Of a stretch of 64,000 bases of DNA, positions 33,702 to 42,694 are shown in pieces; the first letter of the stretch is position 1, and every line of letters starts with the position of its first letter. The position numbers were made by a program, and so were the translations under genes. Under the pieces are notes generated by a model. That model made no database searches and was not told the DNA's origin. It saw only the letters and a list, made by a program, of their open reading frames with translations. Origin of the DNA: an uncultured Candidatus Binatia bacterium (GTDB taxonomy: Bacteria; Desulfobacterota; Binatia; UBA9968; JAJDTQ01); assembly GCA_965213675.1 (NCBI GenBank), contig OZ243916.1, positions 768,001 to 832,000 on the forward strand, given 5' to 3'.

Positions 33702-34079
33702 GCTCTGGGGGCCTGGTGGCGGATCGACTCTGGGCTCGTACGGGCACCCTCGCCGATGGTGATGGTGGACCTGCCGGCGATGGTGCAGTTCTCGCTGTCC
33801 GCGACCCCGACGGGTATCGCCGCCGGTGACGGGCTACTGCTCGTGGTGAGGACGAACTGCCGGCGGCACTGCGGGGGCGGTGGGTGCCAGCGATGTCGCA
33901 CGGGTGCGAACGCACGATGCGCCCTTGCCTTCCTGTTGTGCTGCCCTTAGAATGCGTAGCATTGGGGCTCGGCGTCGCTGATGCTGACCCGGGACTGGGG
34001 CGGTGCCGTGCGGGACTACACGCTTGGCTGGCGCCTCGCCCCCGCGGCCGGGCCCCCGAGCCCGAGAAGGAGGAAGGCC

Positions 34080-34598
34080 ATGAGACAGGAATCGAACAGG
34101 AAATCTTCATGGACCGCATGGTGCGTCGCCCTTGCCGGCGTCGTGCTGGCGGGGGGCGCCGCGCTCGCCACGCCGCAGGTGGCGCACGCCGCGGATGCCG
34201 GCGCAACCGAGGGCGACACGATGGAGTTCACGGTCACGCTCGGTGCGGCGCCGAACGGCTGGGCGGTGCGCTACAAGTACAAGACGGAAGACGGCGCAGC
34301 CGTCAAGGACGAGGATTACGAAGAGACCACCGGCACCGTGACCTTCAACTCGGGGGTCAAGGAGCAGAAGATCTCTGTGGACACGATTGACGACAGCGAT
34401 GAAGAAGACCCGGAAGTCTTCAAGCTCAAGCTCTACGACCAGGAGGTCAACGGGCTCTACCGCGGCGTCACCGGGTGGGTTACACCGACGTCCAACATCC
34501 GGTCCATGCCGAGCACGATGACGTTGAAGGGCCAGATCCAGGACAACGATCAAGCGGTCAAGGCGGGATGCGGGAACGCGGGTCAATACTGCGATTGA
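34080..34598 (+). CDS. Secreted single Calx-beta domain protein
   Basis: Signal peptide; EGDTMEFTVTL, Y.TEDG.A...DY...GTVTF.....I.V.TIDD..EE..E.F.L.L. Confidence 0.85.
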   Translation: MRQESNRKSSWTAWCVALAGVVLAGGAALATPQVAHAADAGATEGDTMEFTVTLGAAPNGWAVRYKYKTEDGAAVKDEDYEETTGTVTFNSGVKEQKISVDTIDDSDEEDPEVFKLKLYDQEVNGLYRGVTGWVTPTSNIRSMPSTMTLKGQIQDNDQAVKAGCGNAGQYCD

Positions 34599-34668
34599 TA
34601 CTGCTGCAAACCCGCGCCCGCCGCCGTCCATGGCGGAGAACAGCGGAGAACAAAGGGGGGCGAATGCC

Positions 34669-35026
34669 ATGAGAACCTCACACGGAACCTGTCTCCCATG
34701 TGTCCGGTTGCTCCCCCACCGGATCCTGCGCACGCTGGCGCTCGTCCTGTTGGCGCTTGCGGGCGGGCTCTTCGCCGCGCCGGAGGTCTACGCGCAGAAT
34801 ACGAGCGTGGATGCGAGCGCGAAGGAAGGCCGCAAGGTGACATTCGTGATCACCGTGACGGGATTCACCACGCGCGACAATGACGTTCGCTACTCATACC
34901 GAACGAAGGACGGCACGGCGGAGGCCGGCAAGGATTACAATTCGGCGGACAGCCATGTCACATTTCTTCGGCCACCTATCCCAAAGCGCAAAAACTCACC
35001 ATGACCGGTCGGATCGTCGATCAGTG
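34669..35026 (+). pseudogene. Secreted Calx-beta protein, internally deleted/frameshifted
   Basis: Signal peptide, EG..VTFVITV, YRTKDGTAEAGKDY..VTF, then a frame break; a shifted frame gives the tail LTMTGRIVDQ*. Confidence 0.6.
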
Positions 35027-35049
35027 ACCGGGCAGAAAGGAAGGAAGCG

Positions 35050-35898
35050 ATGAAGACCGATGGAACCACGACCGGGCTGCGGGCCTCTCCCAGATCGACC
35101 GGGCCCTTGGCGATTGCCCTTGCGGCGGTCGTGCTGGCCGCCGCCCTTGCCACCGCGCCCGCCCGTGCCCAGGACGCTCCGACATATGGCGACTGTGCTA
35201 CGGCGTGGTACGAGAGCGACGCCTCCAATCATTGCCCGGCTCGCGGCACCCAATTCTGGTTTGACACCCCGAACGGAGAGTGCAGCGTCACGGCCAGGTG
35301 CCGGAAATTGAATGGCGTGCCATCGACCCAGCAAACCGTCACGGGCGATCTGGATGACATGCGCGATCTGGTGAGCTGCGACGGCAAGCTCAAAATCGGC
35401 TCTTGCCTCTCCGCTGATCAACAAACCGCCCTGGAGACAGCATGCAACGACGCGTGGGATGCCAGCGATGCCAGCCAGAGATGCGGTTCGTCCTACGGAT
35501 CCCACAGCGTGTCGACATATCAAGGCGTGCAATGTCATGTCTCGACCTCCTGCGGGACCCTGGCGGTGGCGGCGTCCTTCTACGGATCTCCCGACACTGT
35601 GAAACAGCTCGATTTCTGCAACAACGAGTTGTCCACCTCTTGCCCGACGGTCGAGAAATGCACGAACGCATGGAATGCGAGCTCGGCCAAAGCTACCTGT
35701 AACTATACCGGCCCCTACAGCACCCAGATCGGAGTGGATTCGGGGCAGTGCTCCGTAAAGACCCATTGCGAAAGACTGGTTGACGATCCATTAAATAAGG
35801 TCGGGGGAAGCATCGCAGTTGAGACCTCGTACAAGGGGGACCTGGGACAGGTGCAAAACCTCAAGAACTGCCATGGAACACTCAAGACCTCCTGCTGA
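35050..35898 (+). CDS. Secreted Cys-rich protein with three 6-Cys repeats (paralog A)
   Basis: RBS, signal peptide ending ARA-Q, C..AW..S.A...C...C.V...C...L..C...L...C three times. Confidence 0.88.
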   Translation: MKTDGTTTGLRASPRSTGPLAIALAAVVLAAALATAPARAQDAPTYGDCATAWYESDASNHCPARGTQFWFDTPNGECSVTARCRKLNGVPSTQQTVTGDLDDMRDLVSCDGKLKIGSCLSADQQTALETACNDAWDASDASQRCGSSYGSHSVSTYQGVQCHVSTSCGTLAVAASFYGSPDTVKQLDFCNNELSTSCPTVEKCTNAWNASSAKATCNYTGPYSTQIGVDSGQCSVKTHCERLVDDPLNKVGGSIAVETSYKGDLGQVQNLKNCHGTLKTSC

Positions 35899-35965
35899 GT
35901 TCCCGGTTTCGCGGATCGCATGACCATCGATCGGTGACCGTGACCGGGCAGAAAGGAAGGAAGCG

Positions 35966-36823
35966 ATGAAGACCGATGGAACCTCCACCGGGCTGCGGGC
36001 CTCTCCCGGATCGAACGGGCGCCTGGCGATTGCCCTTGTAGCGGTCGTGCTGGCCGCCGCCCTTGCCGCAGCCGGGCCCGCCCGCGCCCAGAACGGCCCG
36101 ACGCGGACCGAGTGCCTTGACGCGTGGGGCGAAAGCGACGCCTCCGAGCATTGTCCATTTTCCAGCAACCAGTTCTGGATGACGGCTTCGAACGGAGAGT
36201 GCAGTGTCACGACCAGGTGCCGGAAATCGGATGGCTGGGCATCGCAGATGCAAACCGTCACCGGCGATCTGGATGACATGCGCGATCTGGTGAGCTGCGA
36301 CGGCAAGCTCAAAGTCAGCTCCTGCCTCTCCGCTGCCGAACAAACCGCTTTGGCGACAGCCTGCGAGGAGGCGTGGGACGACAGCGATGCCAGCCAGAAA
36401 TGCGGTTCGTCCTATGGATCCCACAGCGTGTCGATATCAGGCCGGCAGTGTCATGTCTCGACCTCCTGCGGGACCCTGGCGGCGGCAGCGTCCTTCTACG
36501 GATCTTCCGACGATGTGAAACGGCTCGATTACTGCAACAGCGAGTTGTCCCCCTCTTGCCCCATCCCCGTAACGGTGGAGAACTGCAAGAGCGCCTGGAA
36601 TGCGAGCGATGCCAACGATACCTGTAGTGTTACAGGATATGCCGATACCAGGCCGGTCAGGGTGGATTCGGGACAATGCACCATGAGGGCCAGGTGCAGA
36701 AGATGGAGTACGTTATTCCCCGGCAACCCGGAGATCTCCCCGCGGTACGGCGATTTCAGGGGGAGTGTGGAACAGGTGGAAGCCCTCAAGAATTGCAACG
36801 GGTACCTCAAGACCTCCTGCTGA
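35966..36823 (+). CDS. Secreted Cys-rich protein with three 6-Cys repeats (paralog B)
   Basis: Tandem duplicate of 35050-35898 with shared leader and trailer DNA. Confidence 0.88.
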   Translation: MKTDGTSTGLRASPGSNGRLAIALVAVVLAAALAAAGPARAQNGPTRTECLDAWGESDASEHCPFSSNQFWMTASNGECSVTTRCRKSDGWASQMQTVTGDLDDMRDLVSCDGKLKVSSCLSAAEQTALATACEEAWDDSDASQKCGSSYGSHSVSISGRQCHVSTSCGTLAAAASFYGSSDDVKRLDYCNSELSPSCPIPVTVENCKSAWNASDANDTCSVTGYADTRPVRVDSGQCTMRARCRRWSTLFPGNPEISPRYGDFRGSVEQVEALKNCNGYLKTSC

Positions 36824-36896
36824 GTTCCCGGTTTCGCGGGTCGCATGACATCGATCAGGGCGCGGGGCCTCTTCGGCCCGGCGCCCCGGCGGCTTC

Positions 36897-38096
36897 CTAC
36901 TTGCCCTGGAGTCCGGCGATGGGATCGAGCCTGGAGGCTTGGTGGGCGGGCTGGAACCCGAAGAACAGGCCGACCGCCGCCGCCGTGCCGAGGCCGCTGG
37001 CCACGGAGAGCCCCGAGATCAGGAAGTCCCAGTCGGTGAAGCGGCAGATCGTCCAGGTCGCCGCCAGCCCGAGCGCGATGCCGAGTATGCCGCCTGTAAT
37101 TGTCAGGATGACGGATTCAATTAGGAACTGGCTCTTGATGTCCCGTTGCCGCGCGCCCAAGGCCCGGCGAATGGCGATTTCCGCGCGCCGCTCGGCCACG
37201 GACACGAGCATGATGTTCATGATCCCGATCCCGCCGACGATCAGCGAAATGCTGCCGACCGCGCCCAGCAACAGGGTAAAAATGCCCATCTGCGCCTCCA
37301 TCCGGGCGATCAGCTCCTTTGCGGTGACGATATCGAGGCTGAGACCGGGCGCGCGCTTGCGAAAAAACGACCGAATATCCTCCACCGCCGCCTCGTAATG
37401 GACGCCGGCGCCGGATCGGGCGACGATGACCTCGATTCCGGGGTCGGGAGTGATCCTCCGCACCGTGGTTATCGGGACGAAGACCGATTTGTCCGCTGCC
37501 ACCTGGAATGGCAGCGCATAACTCTCCGCCTTGCGGTTCAGCACGCCCACGACGGTGAAGAGAACCTCATCGACCTCGATGAGCGTCCCCAGGAGACGAT
37601 CCGCCCCCGCCGCACGCATTTTCTTCGCGACCTCGGCGCCGATGACGCACCAGTATCTGTCGGCATCCAGGTTCGAAACGAACCGGCCCTCCTGCAGCGT
37701 CAGCTTGTTCACGCTCGCGAAGGATCGGGTGACGCCCTGGACCGTGCCCCGCCCGACTTCCCGGCCGGCGAAGCGGAACGTCCCGCGCCCCGATATCCTG
37801 GGCGCCGCCTCGACGATGGACGGGACCTCCGGCGCCAGTTGCAGGGCGTCCCGGAGGCCGATCTCGACCCTTCCGGCAGTAGAGGACTTGCGTACGACAA
37901 CGATGTCGGTGCCGAGCGCCTCAAACTGCTTGCGGGCCTGCTCCTTGGCGATCTCGCCGAGCGAGACCATCGCAATGACCGAGGAGATGCCGATCATGAC
38001 GCCGACAAGACCCAGCACCGTGCGCAGCCTCGCCCGGCGCAGGCTTTCGGCCGCCTCGCGGGCATTGGCCGCAATGACCTGGAAGGTTCTCGACAT
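36897..38096 (-). CDS. MacB/FtsX-type ABC permease
   Basis: LRTVLGLVGVMIGISSV, VGGIGIMNIMLVSV.ER..EIAIRRALGA, PA..ASRLDPI. Confidence 0.93.
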   Translation of the reverse strand: MSRTFQVIAANAREAAESLRRARLRTVLGLVGVMIGISSVIAMVSLGEIAKEQARKQFEALGTDIVVVRKSSTAGRVEIGLRDALQLAPEVPSIVEAAPRISGRGTFRFAGREVGRGTVQGVTRSFASVNKLTLQEGRFVSNLDADRYWCVIGAEVAKKMRAAGADRLLGTLIEVDEVLFTVVGVLNRKAESYALPFQVAADKSVFVPITTVRRITPDPGIEVIVARSGAGVHYEAAVEDIRSFFRKRAPGLSLDIVTAKELIARMEAQMGIFTLLLGAVGSISLIVGGIGIMNIMLVSVAERRAEIAIRRALGARQRDIKSQFLIESVILTITGGILGIALGLAATWTICRFTDWDFLISGLSVASGLGTAAAVGLFFGFQPAHQASRLDPIAGLQGK

Positions 38097-38110
38097 GCCG
38101 GACGCCCGCG

Positions 38111-38815
38111 TCACGCCCTGGACGCTGTCACGGCGCCGGGCCCGGCCCCCGGCTCGAAGATCCTGCCGTTGCGAATGCGCGTCCGGCGCGCGCACTGGTC
38201 TGCGACCGACGGGTCGTGCGTGATAATCAGGATCGTGATGCCGCGCTCCTCGTTCAGCCGCCGTAGCAGCGCCATCACCTCGCTGGCCGTGTCGATATCC
38301 AGCGCACCGGTCGGCTCGTCGGCGAGCAGCAGTGCCGGCTCACCCACCAGCGCCCGGGCGATGGCGACCCTCTGTTTCTGTCCGCCGGAAAGCTGGTCCG
38401 GCCGGTGGCCGGTCCGGTCCGCCATACCGACGCGCTCCAGTATCTCCTGCGCGCAGCGGCGCATTTCCGGCCGCCCGGCGCCCCGATAGACCAGCGGCAG
38501 GCAGACATTCTCCAATGCGGTCAGTTGCGGCAGCAGGTGGAAGGACTGGAACACGAAGCCGATATGCCGGTTCCGGAGCGCGGACAACTCGTCGTCACGA
38601 AGCCCGGAGACATCGCGCCCGTTGAGGACGCAAGCGCCCGATGTCGGGCGGTCCAGCAGGCCGAGAATGTTCATGAGTGTCGTCTTGCCGCTGCCCGAAG
38701 GCCCCATGATCGACATCAGGTCGCCCGCATCGACCTCCAGATCGACCCCGCGCAGGACCTCCGTCGTGACCGGCCCGACCTGATAGGATCTGCGGATGTC
38801 GGTCAGCCTCAGCAT
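38111..38815 (-). CDS. ABC ATPase (MacB/LolD type)
   Basis: GPSGSGKT, LSGGQKQRVAIARAL, ADEPTGALD. Confidence 0.95.
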   Translation of the reverse strand: MLRLTDIRRSYQVGPVTTEVLRGVDLEVDAGDLMSIMGPSGSGKTTLMNILGLLDRPTSGACVLNGRDVSGLRDDELSALRNRHIGFVFQSFHLLPQLTALENVCLPLVYRGAGRPEMRRCAQEILERVGMADRTGHRPDQLSGGQKQRVAIARALVGEPALLLADEPTGALDIDTASEVMALLRRLNEERGITILIITHDPSVADQCARRTRIRNGRIFEPGAGPGAVTASRA

Positions 38816-38858
38816 CCCGCCCAGCGCCTCCCTTCGGCGCCCCCGTCCCTGCTCCGGA

Positions 38859-40622
38859 TCATCGGACGAGGACAATCTTGTCGCCGGGCGAAAGGCCCTT
38901 CACCACTTCGACCGAATCGAGAGTGGTGAGGCCAAGCTCGACCGCGCGCCGCGCCGCGCCGCCGCCGTCGGCGAGGACACGCAGCCAGGCCTTGCCGTTC
39001 CTCTGTTCCACTGCGCCGATGGGCACCATCAGGGCCGCCGGGCGGTGGTGGACGACGATCGTGACATAGGCCGACATGCCGACCCGCAGCCGGTCGCGCG
39101 CCTCCGCTTCCAGCCTGTTCAGCGTGACGACGACCTCGAATTGCGGCGCGCCGCGCCGCCGCGTCCTCCGATCCGCCCGCGGCGAGACGCGGGTCACGGC
39201 GCCCTCGACCTTCAGGCCGGGAAACCCGGGGCCGGTGATCCAGGCCCGCTGGCCGGCCTCCACCTTCCTCACATCCACTTCGTCCACGCTGGTGACGACG
39301 GAGAGGCGCTCCAGGTCCGCGATGCTCAGCATCAACTCTCCCTGTCCCACCGGCCTGCCCTTCGTCAGGGGCCTGGCCCTCGGGCCTTCCGCCGCCATGA
39401 CGACCCCGGCGATCGGCGCCCGGACCCGCGCCAGGTCCAGTTTCTCCTCATGCGCGCGCAGGCGGTCCTCGGCCGTCCGGGCCTCCAGACGCGCCACCCG
39501 CCGCGCCTCTTCGCCGCCTTTCGCCTTCACCGCCTCCAGCTCCCGCCGGGCCTCCTCGATATCCAGAGCCCGGTTCTGCCGCTGCCGTTGCGCATCCTCG
39601 TGCTGCGAGGCGGGAACAAGGCCCTGCTCCAGCAGGAAGGCGGTCTCGGCGAGGTGCCGCTCCGCATCGTCGAACGCGATCTTCGCCCGCCGCAAGGCCC
39701 GTCGGGCGCGCGCCATGCCGGCGCTGTTCTCCCACTCCTCGATCTCGACAAGCCGGTCATGCGCCTTGATATGCTCGACCTGGGCGCGCCTGTGGTCCGA
39801 GGCGAGTTGGCCGGTATCGAGAGCAACCAGCGGGTCGCCGGCCGCCACCCGGTCCCCGGGGACGGCATGCAATACGCTCACATGACTTTCAATGGGGCTG
39901 ACGATCTCGGCGACGCGGCCCGGCGCCAGATGGCCCCTGAGCGCGATGGTGGAGCGGAATTCGCGCGGCTGTATCGTCACGGCCGGCAGCGCGCCCGGAT
40001 TGCGGGCGTCCGCTTCCGGACCGGCAACCAGCGCCGCGGTGTCGCTGAAGAGATCCAGCGGCCGGACATACCAGGCGCCGATGGCAAGGAAGAGCACCAT
40101 CACGAAAAGCATCGCCGAGCCGCGCACCATACGCACGCGCTTCGTCATCGCCGAAAGCGCCTCGTTTCGGGCCTCGAGGTCGCGATAGGCGCCCCGGAGT
40201 TCGCCGAGCTGCGTCTCGATGACCGCCGCCTGGCGCAGCTCGGTCTCGCGCAGCTCGCGGACTTCGGTGATGTCGGAGACAACGACGATCACCGCCACCC
40301 GCTCCTCTCCCGACATCAGGCAGGACGTTGTCACGGACAGCGACCGAAGCGCCTTGCCGACCCGGACCCGCGTGACGCGCCGCGCGATGTCCCCGCGTTC
40401 GACAACCGCGTCGAAGACGATCTGGGTGAACTCGTCGAAACCCTCGAAGGCGATGAATATCTGCCCGAAGGAACGCCCGGCCGCCTCATCGGAATCGAGT
40501 CCGAACATCCGGCAGAAGGCGGCATTGGCCATCCTGACCGCGCCGTCGAAACCGACGACGATCACCCCGTCGGACAGGTTATCCAGAAGCGTGCGGTAAA
40601 TGTCGGGGTCGCGGTCCGTCAT
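38859..40622 (-). CDS. PAS domain-fused periplasmic adaptor (MacA/HlyD family)
   Basis: N-terminal LLDNLSDGVIVVG.DG....N.AF..MFG...DITE, coiled coil, TM helix, VRAPIAGVV, VDEVD, GL.PGD. Confidence 0.88.
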   Translation of the reverse strand: MTDRDPDIYRTLLDNLSDGVIVVGFDGAVRMANAAFCRMFGLDSDEAAGRSFGQIFIAFEGFDEFTQIVFDAVVERGDIARRVTRVRVGKALRSLSVTTSCLMSGEERVAVIVVVSDITEVRELRETELRQAAVIETQLGELRGAYRDLEARNEALSAMTKRVRMVRGSAMLFVMVLFLAIGAWYVRPLDLFSDTAALVAGPEADARNPGALPAVTIQPREFRSTIALRGHLAPGRVAEIVSPIESHVSVLHAVPGDRVAAGDPLVALDTGQLASDHRRAQVEHIKAHDRLVEIEEWENSAGMARARRALRRAKIAFDDAERHLAETAFLLEQGLVPASQHEDAQRQRQNRALDIEEARRELEAVKAKGGEEARRVARLEARTAEDRLRAHEEKLDLARVRAPIAGVVMAAEGPRARPLTKGRPVGQGELMLSIADLERLSVVTSVDEVDVRKVEAGQRAWITGPGFPGLKVEGAVTRVSPRADRRTRRRGAPQFEVVVTLNRLEAEARDRLRVGMSAYVTIVVHHRPAALMVPIGAVEQRNGKAWLRVLADGGGAARRAVELGLTTLDSVEVVKGLSPGDKIVLVR

Positions 40623-42154
40623 TGCGGCGCCGCCTCAAGCCGGACGCCCCAGCGGTCCAGGGTTCGTCCGGCGGTCCGGTCGAGCCGTGTCAGCGCATCG
40701 AGCCAGGAGAGGATGGCGTCCGCTTCGGCCTGCTCCGCCTGCACCAGTTCCTCCTCGGAGGACGCCACCTCGAAGGTGGACGACAGGCCTTGGCTGAATT
40801 TTGCCTCCTCAACCGCCAGGTTCCGCTCCGCCAGCGCACGTGCGTCGCCCGCCAGGTCGGACAATCGGAGCCCCACCTCGACATCGTTCAGCGCCTGGCG
40901 CAGCGCCGTGCCGATGGACTCGCGCAATTCGACGACGCTTCTCTCCGCCTTCTTCAGCCCGTTGCGGGCCCTCAGGCGTTGGAGTTCAGGCGCCCGGTCG
41001 TTCAGCGGAACCGTGGCGTCCATCCGCACCTCACTGTCCGTCCGGCCAGGATCGTTATGCGTCCACCGGAAGCTGAGAGCCACATCCGGCAAGAGATTGT
41101 TGCGGGCCTCCGCCAGCGCGATCTTGGCGATCTCGACCCTGAGCCCGGCCTGAAGATAATCGACGCGGTCCTGCAGCGCGTCTTCGAGCGTCGGCGCGCG
41201 GGCTGCGTCCCGCTGCCCGGCCTTCAACTTCTCCAGCGTGCGGATTCGGACCCGGCTGTCCAACTCCAGAATGTCGATCAAGCGGAATTGCGCCGCCTCC
41301 AGGCGGTTGCGCGCCCGGACCAGCGCCAGCTCCCGGTTGGCGATCGCCGCTTCGGACCGCCCCGCTTCGCGCTCGGCCACGCGCCCCGCGCCGATCAGCG
41401 CGCGCGTCGCTTCAAGCTGTTCGCGGGCGCGCTGCAATGAAGCCTCGCCGATTTCCACTTGGCGCACCTCCCTGATCAGCGCCCGATAAGCCCCGATCAC
41501 CGCAACCACCAGATCCGCCGCCGTCCGGCGGAAGGCGAGAATGTCGATCCGGTCTTCCAACCGCGCCCGCCGCACCGTTGCGCCGTCGATATCGGCCCAG
41601 GCACCCTTCAGCAAGGGCTGGGAAAAGCCGAAGCTCTGCGAACCGGAGCCGTCGGACCTCCTCGACAGCGTTTCGTCCCAGCCGAGCGCGAACGCGCCGC
41701 CGGTGGGAACGCGCAGGCTCATCCGGGCGCCGACGCCCGCCTTTTCGTCGCGCCGGTCCCGGCTGGCGAAAGGGCCGACGGTAACCCGGGGGCTCCAGCG
41801 GTCCTCGGCCACATCCAGCGAAAATCTCTGTGCTTCCCGGTCGAGCCGGCTGTTCAGAAGCGGCCGGTTGCGCGCCAGCGCCAGCGCGATGGCGTCCCGC
41901 AGCGTCAGGTCGCAAACACTCGCGGCGCAGCCAGGGGGATCGTCCGCGGTCGCGGGCGTCTGGGCGGCCGCGGCGACCGGTGCCAAAAGGCACAGAACCG
42001 ATACGATCGCGCGGAAACGTCCCGCCAGTCCCGGCGATGAGGCGAACGCAGCCGAAGCCCGGCCGCGGCCCGCCGCCCCCGGTTGCCCGGACGAACCAAC
42101 CGGCCTTCTCCACGCTGTCCTGCGACGAACCTCTACTCCGTCGATCACGTCCAC
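40619..42154 (-). CDS. TolC family outer membrane protein
   Basis: LTLRDAIALALARN, SQPLLKG, EAKFSQGLSSTFEV; start uncertain. Confidence 0.9.
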   Translation of the reverse strand: MDVIDGVEVRRRTAWRRPVGSSGQPGAAGRGRASAAFASSPGLAGRFRAIVSVLCLLAPVAAAAQTPATADDPPGCAASVCDLTLRDAIALALARNRPLLNSRLDREAQRFSLDVAEDRWSPRVTVGPFASRDRRDEKAGVGARMSLRVPTGGAFALGWDETLSRRSDGSGSQSFGFSQPLLKGAWADIDGATVRRARLEDRIDILAFRRTAADLVVAVIGAYRALIREVRQVEIGEASLQRAREQLEATRALIGAGRVAEREAGRSEAAIANRELALVRARNRLEAAQFRLIDILELDSRVRIRTLEKLKAGQRDAARAPTLEDALQDRVDYLQAGLRVEIAKIALAEARNNLLPDVALSFRWTHNDPGRTDSEVRMDATVPLNDRAPELQRLRARNGLKKAERSVVELRESIGTALRQALNDVEVGLRLSDLAGDARALAERNLAVEEAKFSQGLSSTFEVASSEEELVQAEQAEADAILSWLDALTRLDRTAGRTLDRWGVRLEAAPQ

Positions 42155-42381
42155 CCTCGGCGGGCCTCCAATGACAGGCGAGAGCCGTTCACCGGCATCC
42201 CGCCTCCAGAAAATCTACCCGATTTCAGCGGGGCAGCCAAGGGCCGATTGGCGGAAGCCCGAGGCCGACAACGCGAGGCCGGTCCGGCATCGTGCAGGGG
42301 ATAAGGAAGACAGCGACGTTGCCGCAAGTCTTGTCGAGGGCATGATAATTCGGTTTTGGACGATTATGGGACAAAGCGGCT

Positions 42382-42672
42382 TGAACCGTCCCGGGTTTTC
42401 CGGAGACGGAATAGTTTGAGTCAGGCCACCATGGCCGATTCACGGCATTGCTGATGGAACCGCTCTTCAAGTTCCGCGGGCGGCACATGGCCGATCCCTT
42501 CCAGGAGTCGGCGGTGGTTGAACGAGGCGACCCATTACTGGCCGGTTTCAAGGGGGCGTCGCGGTCGCTGTGGTGCACCCGAGCGACATCATGGCCCACC
42601 GCGCGGTCATGGAGCGCCTGATCGAGGGCGTCCAGGGCAAGATCTGTGTGCAACGAGTCGGAAACCCGCCCG
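42382..42672 (-). mobile_element. IS3-family (IS629/IS6110-like) remnant: right inverted repeat plus deleted transposase C-terminus
   Basis: TGAACCGTCCCGGGTTTTCCGGAGAC; fragments RVSDSLHTDLALDALDQAL..VHHSDR and WVASFNHRRLLEGIGHVPPAELE. Confidence 0.88.
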
Positions 42673-42694
42673 TGGAACTCCGGGTGACGCTGCG

